A DNA stretch of 11,112 bases, filler included, from an uncultured Methanosarcinales archaeon (GTDB lineage Archaea; Nanobdellota; Nanobdellia; Woesearchaeales; JAGLXL01), in NCBI GenBank assembly GCA_964472345.1. It is 6 parts of 6 records of this genome, joined end to end, with 100 filler letters (N's around TTAATTAATTAA, not from the genome) between each part and the next. Parts side by side here need not be neighbours in the genome. Positions count along the whole stretch, not along the records: positions 6,032 to 7,777 come from CAYYLB010000117.1; positions 7,878 to 9,495 come from CAYYLB010000119.1; positions 9,596 to 11,112 come from CAYYLB010000120.1; 3 more parts are not named here. One strand, written 5' to 3'. This document shows positions 6,088 through 11,112 of this stretch, one piece after another. Positions within the stretch are counted from its first letter, which is position 1; each line of letters opens with the position of its first letter. The translations under genes were made by a program, and so were the position numbers. The notes under the pieces were generated by a model. It made no database searches. It was given only the letters and a program-made list of their open reading frames with translations, and was not told where the DNA came from.

Positions 6088-6579
6088 TTATGTATCAGGC
6101 GCCCACAACCCCCGGATAAGGCGGTACGCTTGCGGGACATTGGATTCCCATCCGTAACAATGCCGCTCTGAGCCGGGGAACATGACACTCGTCGAGACGA
6201 CTGCGCTGCCGCGGGCATCGAAGCCGATTCGGTGCGGCGGCTCTTTCTCTGAGAAATAGATATATAGGCAGCCGCGACTCTTGGCAGTGCATGCATACAC
6301 CGGAAGCTCAGCTTCTGAGGTAATCCTCTGAATGCCGGAGCGCGTGTGCTGCTTGGGTCCGCGTGGAATGTTTATCAATCCAAGCAGCCCTTCATCCATG
6401 AACGCCCGGAGCACATCCTCGAATGTCGGATAGCGCAACGGCTGGACGATCTCCGCATACCCTTCGTCCGGCGGCTCCTCAAAATCTTCCTTGTTCTTGA
6501 ACCCTTTCCGTTTGCGCAATTGCTCATAGTCAACCCGGGCGATATCCCGCAGCAGCAATGTCTTCCGGATGCCTGCCAT
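6088..6579 (-). CDS. Hypothetical protein, 163 aa
   Basis: Starts MAGIRKTLLLRDIARVDYEQL at ATG 6579. An AT-rich TATA-like TTTTTGAAA lies about 22-30 nt upstream on the minus strand. It is divergent from tRNA-Lys and shows no recognisable family. Confidence 0.6.
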   Translation of the reverse strand: MAGIRKTLLLRDIARVDYEQLRKRKGFKNKEDFEEPPDEGYAEIVQPLRYPTFEDVLRAFMDEGLLGLINIPRGPKQHTRSGIQRITSEAELPVYACTAKSRGCLYIYFSEKEPPHRIGFDARGSAVVSTSVMFPGSERHCYGWESNVPQAYRLIRGLWAPDT

Positions 6580-6625
6580 GAGAGCGCGTGAAAGAACCCA
6601 TTTCAAAAACTTTTCGCGCCTGCAG

Positions 6626-6641
6626 GCACAACATTTTTAAA
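6626..6641 (+). promoter_or_regulatory. BRE-TATA promoter of tRNA-Lys
   Basis: GCACAACA-TTTTTAAA ends 24 nt before tRNA position 1. Confidence 0.75.
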
Positions 6642-6665
6642 TTGCCTGCGCCATGCGCGCACCGT

Positions 6666-6795
6666 GGGCCCATAGCTCAGCCTGGTGCGTGCTGCTTTCG
6701 AGGAGCATGCGGGCAGTTAGAGCGGATGGCTCTTACATCAAGGAGAGACCATCAGGCCGGGGGTTCGAAAAACACCGAAAATCCCCCTGGGCCCG
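6666..6795 (+). tRNA. tRNA-Lys(CTT) with three introns (19/20: 6686-6716; 37/38: 6736-6747; 59/60: 6770-6781)
   Basis: Joining the exons gives the 75-nt cloverleaf GGGCCCATAGCTCAGCCTGG|TTAGAGCGGATGGCTCTTA|ACCATCAGGCCGGGGGTTCGAA|TCCCCCTGGGCCCG. Stems are GGGCCCA/TGGGCCC, GCTC/GAGC, GATGG/CCATC and GGGGG/CCCCC. Anticodon CTT is at 6732-6734 and the discriminator is G73. Each intron forms a BHB-type 4-bp helix with a 3-nt bulge. CCA is not encoded. Confidence 0.93.
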
Positions 6796-6815
6796 CTTCT
6801 TTCCCCAGAAAACGG

Positions 6816-7496
6816 CTAAATGGCCCCCCGCTCTCCCCTGACAAACAGCAGCTCCTTGCCTTCGAGCCGCCTGAGCTCTGAGCGGACGGCAAAGCCTGCG
6901 TGCTTCAGCAGCACCTTCAGCTCCGCTTCGCCGTACGAGTTCCGGTAATGCATCCGGTGCAGCTCCATCACCGGCGCAAGGCTCTGCACCATCACCAGCT
7001 GCCCCCCCGGCGCGAGCACGCGCTTCGCTTCCGCGAGCAGCTGCGGCAGGTTCGCGAGGTAATTCGCCACAAACACCATCGTCACGCTGTCAAAGACGCC
7101 GCTCGCGAGCGGCAAAGGCTTTTCGAGGTCGAGCGCTACCTTGTGCGGCGCATCGTGCACGAGCAGCATCTCTTCGGCGAAGTCAGCAGCGACAGAATTC
7201 CGCACATAGCTGGACGAGCCGGAACCAAGGTCAAGGTTCAGTCCCTGCAGGGACGACAGCTCGCGCGAAATCGCTTCCCGGACGGCGTGATCCACCCGGC
7301 TCTTCCAGCACACCGCTTCCGCGTTCCAGAACTGCTGCGCATGCTGCGGCCACTGCGCGTACGGCGGCAACTGGCACGCGTACTGCTGCGCCTCCCGGAC
7401 AAGCCGCCGGAAGCGCTCACCCTTGGCGTAGTTCAGGCCGAGCAGCGTCTCAAAGAACGCCCCTTCGAGCCGCAGCCGGTCACCCTCTTTTGGCAT
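6816..7496 (-). CDS. Class I SAM-dependent methyltransferase (Methyltransf_11-like)
   Basis: Motif I LNLDLGSGS, then VAADFAEEML, LPLASGVFDSVTMVF and EAKRVLAPGGQLVM. Minus-strand TATTTATA at 7519-7526 gives a leaderless spacing. Confidence 0.88.
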   Translation of the reverse strand: MPKEGDRLRLEGAFFETLLGLNYAKGERFRRLVREAQQYACQLPPYAQWPQHAQQFWNAEAVCWKSRVDHAVREAISRELSSLQGLNLDLGSGSSSYVRNSVAADFAEEMLLVHDAPHKVALDLEKPLPLASGVFDSVTMVFVANYLANLPQLLAEAKRVLAPGGQLVMVQSLAPVMELHRMHYRNSYGEAELKVLLKHAGFAVRSELRRLEGKELLFVRGERGAI

Positions 7497-7580
7497 GGCA
7501 GCAGCAACGCATGCGCCCTATAAATAGGTTGCGGGCGGTGAACAGCAAAAAAGGGGCGGGCGGCTTTTCACCGAACGGCT

Positions 7581-7596
7581 GCACAATGTTTTTAAA
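7581..7596 (+). promoter_or_regulatory. BRE-TATA promoter of tRNA-Val
   Basis: GCACAATG-TTTTTAAA ends 24 nt before tRNA position 1, the same spacing as for tRNA-Lys. Confidence 0.75.
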
Positions 7597-7620
7597 CCGG
7601 CCGCTGCTCTGCCGCGCCGT

Positions 7621-7765
7621 GGGCCCGTGGTCTAGCGGCTATGACATCTCGTTGACGGGCGTCCCTCTGCTGACTGCAGCGGCGGCGCGCGAAATCGAGA
7701 AGGTCCCCAGTTCGAATGGGCAGGGCTGAACAGGAAGCGCTGCCACGGCAGTCTGGGCGGGCCCA
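7621..7765 (+). tRNA. tRNA-Val(GAC) with two introns (37/38: 7658-7694; 59/60: 7717-7751)
   Basis: Joining the exons gives the 73-nt GGGCCCGTGGTCTAGCGGCTATGACATCTCGTTGACG|TCGAGAAGGTCCCCAGTTCGAA|TCTGGGCGGGCCCA. Stems are GGGCCCG/CGGGCCC, TCTCG/CGAGA and CCCAG/CTGGG. Anticodon GAC is at 7654-7656 and the discriminator is A73. Both introns fold as hairpins with relaxed BHB motifs. A T-run follows the gene. Confidence 0.9.
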
Positions 7766-7777
7766 TGTTTTTCCAAG

Positions 7778-7877
7778 NNNNNNNNNNNNNNNNNNNNNNN
7801 NNNNNNNNNNNNNNNNNNNNNTTAATTAATTAANNNNNNNNNNNNNNNNNNNNNNNNNNNNNNNNNNNNNNNNNNNN
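7778..7877. other. Artificial contig-joining linker
   Basis: N44-TTAATTAATTAA-N44. Confidence 0.98.
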
Positions 7878-7930
7878 CGGAATTAAAGAGAAGGCACTTT
7901 CAGGTAACGCTTACTTTACAGCCCGTACCG

Positions 7931-7946
7931 CCACAACATTTATAAA
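7931..7946 (+). promoter_or_regulatory. BRE-TATA promoter of secE-spt5
   Basis: CCACAACA-TTTATAAA ends 27 nt before ATG 7974. Confidence 0.72.
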
Positions 7947-7973
7947 GAAACCTCATCTTGGGTCACTCTTCTT

Positions 7974-8267
7974 ATGGCTGATGAACAACAAGCAGCAGGG
8001 CAACCGCCAGAAGCAGCGGCGCCGCAGCAGCAGAGCGTGCCGGAGGCAGCTCCGCAGGAGGAAGCAGGAAAGCCTGCACGGGAAACACTCTGGCTGAAGC
8101 TGCAGCGGTTCCTGCGCGAAGCGCAGCGCGTGCTGAAGGTGACGAAGAAGCCGACGAAGGAGGAGTTCATCACGATCGTGAAGGTTTCGGGGCTCGGCCT
8201 GGCGCTGATTGGGCTGCTTGGATTCGCGCTGACCATGCTCCAGCAGCTGGTGATTTCAAATGGCTGA
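7974..8267 (+). CDS. secE: Protein translocase subunit SecE / Sec61-gamma
   Basis: FLREAQRVLKVTKKPTKEEFITIVKVSGLGLALIGLLGF is the SecE/Sec61-gamma signature plus its TM helix. It sits immediately upstream of spt5, as is conserved in archaea. Confidence 0.95.
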   Translation: MADEQQAAGQPPEAAAPQQQSVPEAAPQEEAGKPARETLWLKLQRFLREAQRVLKVTKKPTKEEFITIVKVSGLGLALIGLLGFALTMLQQLVISNG

Positions 8268-8751
8268 GGAGCAGGCGGCGCACATCTTCGCCCTGCGGAC
8301 GACGGCGAACCGCGAAGACCAGGTCATGGATTTTGTGAGCTCGAAGATCCGCAAAGATGCGTGCGAGGTGTATGCAGCGGTCCGGGCGCACGGCATGAGG
8401 GGGTACATCTTCCTCGAGGCGAAGGCGCGCACGGATGCGGATCAGGCCATCGGGCGCATCCCCTATGCGCGCGGCATCCTGCCGCAGGAGATCGCCTATG
8501 AAGAGATCGACCACATGCTCGAGCAGGTGAGGATTGAGCGCAACATCCACAAGAGCGACATCGTCGAGATCATCTCCGGCCCGTTCAAGCGCGAGCAGGC
8601 GAAGGTGATGCGCGTCGACAAGACAAAAGACGAGGTCGTCGTCGAGCTGCTGCAGGCAGCGGTTCCGATTCCCATCACCGTGAAGATGGATGCGGTGAAA
8701 GTGATCCGCCGCGAGCGCGCCGGCGAGGGAGAGAAAACGGCCGAAGAATAG
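8260..8751 (+). CDS. spt5: Transcription elongation factor Spt5 (NusG)
   Basis: NGN domain (IFALRTTANREDQV...MRGYIFLEA) plus KOW motif (DIVEIISGPFKREQAKVMRVDKTKDEVVVELL...IPITV). Confidence 0.96.
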   Translation: MAEEQAAHIFALRTTANREDQVMDFVSSKIRKDACEVYAAVRAHGMRGYIFLEAKARTDADQAIGRIPYARGILPQEIAYEEIDHMLEQVRIERNIHKSDIVEIISGPFKREQAKVMRVDKTKDEVVVELLQAAVPIPITVKMDAVKVIRRERAGEGEKTAEE

Positions 8752-8823
8752 TAGCTCCCCGCGTTTGCTTCTCCCTGTTTTCCTGTGAGGGCGGCAGCGG
8801 GCAGCATGGGCGCAGCGCCGCTA

Positions 8824-9495
8824 TTAGGGAGCAGGTGTTTTTGCCGCTTCTGCTACCTTATCAACTAATCTCGATGCTGTACCATACATCAAATCAGGAT
8901 TAACTTTCGGTGTAACGACCATTCTTATTCCATTAACCTCATAATCTCTTCCTTCGATACGGACTTTTCCGACACGAAAACCTTTATTCAGTAATCTGTC
9001 ATGGACGTGATCAACTTCTTCAGGAGAGCCTAATGCAACTGGAACTATTGACATCTCTGGAAAATGGACAAGAGAAACCCCTTTTCTTCGTAAACCATTA
9101 CCAGAGCGTTTTGCAATCTCAACGCATTGGTAGGCAATTTCTCGTAAGCCATAAACATCACCACAATCTTTTACAGTCTGTCCCCACGCGGCTACAGGTC
9201 CAGCGGAGAGAGTTGTATGGACAGTACATAGTGAATGAGCATAATATTCTACATTTGTTTTTGGTGCTTTATTTTTATCCACCAACAGAAGAGCAACGCC
9301 TGGCTTGCCAACGAACTTATATGGATCAATAGTAATTGAATCTGCATCTGGAACTTTTGCTTTAACATGGCTCGATAATATCCCCACATAACCACCATAT
9401 GCAGCATCAATGTGGAGCCATGTTCCTTCGCTTCTCAATTGTTTTACTAAATCGCTCTCGGCTAAATGCTCAACATGGCCTAATTGCGTAGTGCC
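8824..9495 (-). CDS. Group II PLP-dependent decarboxylase (MfnA/aspartate-tyrosine decarboxylase-like), 5' partial
   Basis: The frame is open from the contig end: GTTQLGHVE...WLHIDAAYGGYV...ADSITIDPYKFVG. This includes the GTT, H-x-DAA-Y-GG and S-x-x-x-D-P-x-K (PLP lysine) motifs. Substrate cannot be determined. Confidence 0.88.
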   Translation of the reverse strand, partial: GTTQLGHVEHLAESDLVKQLRSEGTWLHIDAAYGGYVGILSSHVKAKVPDADSITIDPYKFVGKPGVALLLVDKNKAPKTNVEYYAHSLCTVHTTLSAGPVAAWGQTVKDCGDVYGLREIAYQCVEIAKRSGNGLRRKGVSLVHFPEMSIVPVALGSPEEVDHVHDRLLNKGFRVGKVRIEGRDYEVNGIRMVVTPKVNPDLMYGTASRLVDKVAEAAKTPAP

Positions 9496-9595
9496 NNNNN
9501 NNNNNNNNNNNNNNNNNNNNNNNNNNNNNNNNNNNNNNNTTAATTAATTAANNNNNNNNNNNNNNNNNNNNNNNNNNNNNNNNNNNNNNNNNNNN
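9496..9595. other. Artificial contig-joining linker
   Basis: N44-TTAATTAATTAA-N44. Confidence 0.98.
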
Positions 9596-9739
9596 CTCGC
9601 CGCTGCCGTCGTCCGAGCCTCCCGCGGGAGCTACCGGAAAACACGCTTCCGTCCATTTCCACTCGAAGATAACATCAAAAACTATTTAAACCTCTATGAG
9701 CAGCTGATGGCCCATGATGCTCCGGGTCACGAAGACTAA
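9596..9739 (+). CDS. C-terminus of a probable GT4-family (GT-B) glycosyltransferase, 5' partial
   Basis: LAAAVVRASRGSYRKTRFRPFPLEDNIKNYLNLYEQLMAHDAPGHED* fits the LA-x-A...F-x-x-E-x4-Y-x-x-LYE-x-L ending of GT4 enzymes. It overlaps the next glycosyltransferase gene. Confidence 0.6.
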   Translation, partial: LAAAVVRASRGSYRKTRFRPFPLEDNIKNYLNLYEQLMAHDAPGHED

Positions 9740-11111
9740 TCTTCTGCTCACCCTCATCTTCCTGCTTGCGCTCACGCTTCGGATCATCGCTGCGTCGCAC
9801 GCGGTCATCGCGGCGGACGAGCTGGTCTATTCTTCGCTTGCCGTGAATATCCTCTCTGCAGGCAGGCTGTCCACCTGGCAGCAGTCCCACCTGTTCTTCA
9901 CCCTGAACGATATGGGGTACCAGCTTTTTGGGGGCGTCACCCCCATCTCCACGCGGCTTCCGTCCGTCATCTTCGGGTCATTTGCGGTCTTTGCCGTCTT
10001 TCTTGTCGCCCGAGAGCTGTTCGGGCAGAAGGCAGGCGTCATCTCCTCGTTCCTCTTTGCGGTTTCCGGCTATGCGGTGCGGTTCAATTACGAGACCGAC
10101 ATGCCTGCGTTCTTCTTTGTGCTGCTGAGCATGTTCTTCTTCCTCCGGGCGCTTTCGGACTGGAAGCAGACGCATTTCTACCTCTCTGCCCTGCTTTTCG
10201 GGCTTGCGCTCATCACCAAGAATATTGTCCTGTTTTTCATCCCCGCGTATGCCATTGTTGGGATTCTCCTTTACGCCAAAGGCCGCGGCTCTGCGCCGGT
10301 GCGGGAGAACATGGGCACAAAGCAGGTGCTGAAAACGGCTCTTGCCAGCGCAGCGATCCTCCTGGTTCTGCTTTCTCCCATCTTCATCTACAACTATCTC
10401 CTCTACAATGAAAAAGGAGTCACTGATTTTTATTTCGCGACATTCCTCGGCATCGGGGAGAATGTGTACGCCGGCCTTGAGAACCGGCCCTGGTCAGGAG
10501 CCGCCATCCTGCCGCGGCTGCAGTGGCTTGCCGTGCAATTCCTGCGCTTCGACGGGCTGCTGTTCGCTGCGGGAATCATCGGGATCATCTTCTCCTTCCG
10601 CAAACGGACGTACGCGACGCTGCTCTTCCTGCTCTCGTTCCTGTTTCTTTATGGCTATCTCGTCGGCGTGACGGGGAGCCCTTCGCACTATCTCTGGGTG
10701 CCGCTCGTGCTGAGCATTTTCGCAGGGCACCTGCTTTTCCAGCTGCACCGGAAGGTTGCGGAACGGTTCCATCTCCATCATTTCCTTGCGGTCGCGCTTG
10801 CTGTCATCTTCCTCTTCAACATGGTATTCCTTTTGGACATCCTCACAAAGAAAAATGCAGTGCTCACCCTCCGGGAGTATGCCCATGAGCACATCCCTGA
10901 CAATGCAGTGGTCGTTCTCGATCCGCGCATCTATCGCGGCATCTATGCCTGGGCGTTCAACGACAAGCACTATATCGAAGGGACGGCGTTCCCTCAGCTT
11001 GTCGATCTGATCGAGAAGTCTGATCTGCCGCGCTCCAATATCCCCATCTATTATGTTGAATGCGGGAAAGGGACGACCTGCATCTGGAGCACGGAGGACT
11101 ATGAGCGCGTC
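9714..11111 (+). CDS. GT-C fold polytopic membrane glycosyltransferase (PMT_2/ArnT-like, GT39/GT83), 3' partial; absent from the ORF track because there is no stop in the window
   Basis: Manual translation is open to the window end: MMLRVTKTNLLLTLIFLLALTLRIIAASHAVIAADELVY (DE motif after TM1)...RLPSVIFG...ARELFGQKAGVISSFLFAVS...FGLALITK. About 10 or more hydrophobic segments precede a soluble C-terminal domain. Confidence 0.9.
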   Translation, partial: MMLRVTKTNLLLTLIFLLALTLRIIAASHAVIAADELVYSSLAVNILSAGRLSTWQQSHLFFTLNDMGYQLFGGVTPISTRLPSVIFGSFAVFAVFLVARELFGQKAGVISSFLFAVSGYAVRFNYETDMPAFFFVLLSMFFFLRALSDWKQTHFYLSALLFGLALITKNIVLFFIPAYAIVGILLYAKGRGSAPVRENMGTKQVLKTALASAAILLVLLSPIFIYNYLLYNEKGVTDFYFATFLGIGENVYAGLENRPWSGAAILPRLQWLAVQFLRFDGLLFAAGIIGIIFSFRKRTYATLLFLLSFLFLYGYLVGVTGSPSHYLWVPLVLSIFAGHLLFQLHRKVAERFHLHHFLAVALAVIFLFNMVFLLDILTKKNAVLTLREYAHEHIPDNAVVVLDPRIYRGIYAWAFNDKHYIEGTAFPQLVDLIEKSDLPRSNIPIYYVECGKGTTCIWSTEDYERV

Positions 11112-11112
11112 A

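Noticed and set aside
6588..6881. ORFs 6588-6881, 6653-6841 and 7490-7729 (+)
   Set aside because: They run across the tRNA-Lys or tRNA-Val genes and are spurious.
6666..7765. Split (trans-spliced) or permuted tRNA interpretation
   Set aside because: Each gene has all exons in normal order in cis, with complementary acceptor stems, so cis introns explain the structure.
9675..11010. Several short ORFs on both strands in the ORF track
   Set aside because: All are shadows of the single long GT-C frame 9714 to beyond 11111.

Overview
This is archaeal DNA of about 60% GC. A DPANN genome (Woesearchaeota-like) is likely, but that is an inference. The window is not contiguous: six short contigs (1-1976, 2077-3985, 4086-5931, 6032-7777, 7878-9495, 9596-11112) are joined by artificial 100-nt linkers (N44-TTAATTAATTAA-N44), so neighbourhood arguments hold only within a contig. 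Contig 1 has a Cys-repeat lipoprotein, rpl37e, Sm-like SmAP, a 163-bp MITE-like element and rps8e. Contig 2 has a thioredoxin/peroxiredoxin-like protein, a long palindrome, and an RHH antitoxin plus PIN toxin coupled to a Nudix protein with a degenerate catalytic box. Contig 3 has a secreted orphan protein and two partial genes. Contig 4 has an orphan CDS, tRNA-Lys(CTT) with three introns, a SAM methyltransferase and tRNA-Val(GAC) with two introns. Contig 5 has secE, spt5 and an AT-rich PLP-dependent decarboxylase. Contig 6 has a GT4-like C-terminus and a GT-C (PMT/ArnT-like) membrane glycosyltransferase. The strongest signals are the multi-intron tRNAs, the MITE, an identical 52-bp repeat at two contig ends, and the toxin-antitoxin/pseudo-Nudix module.
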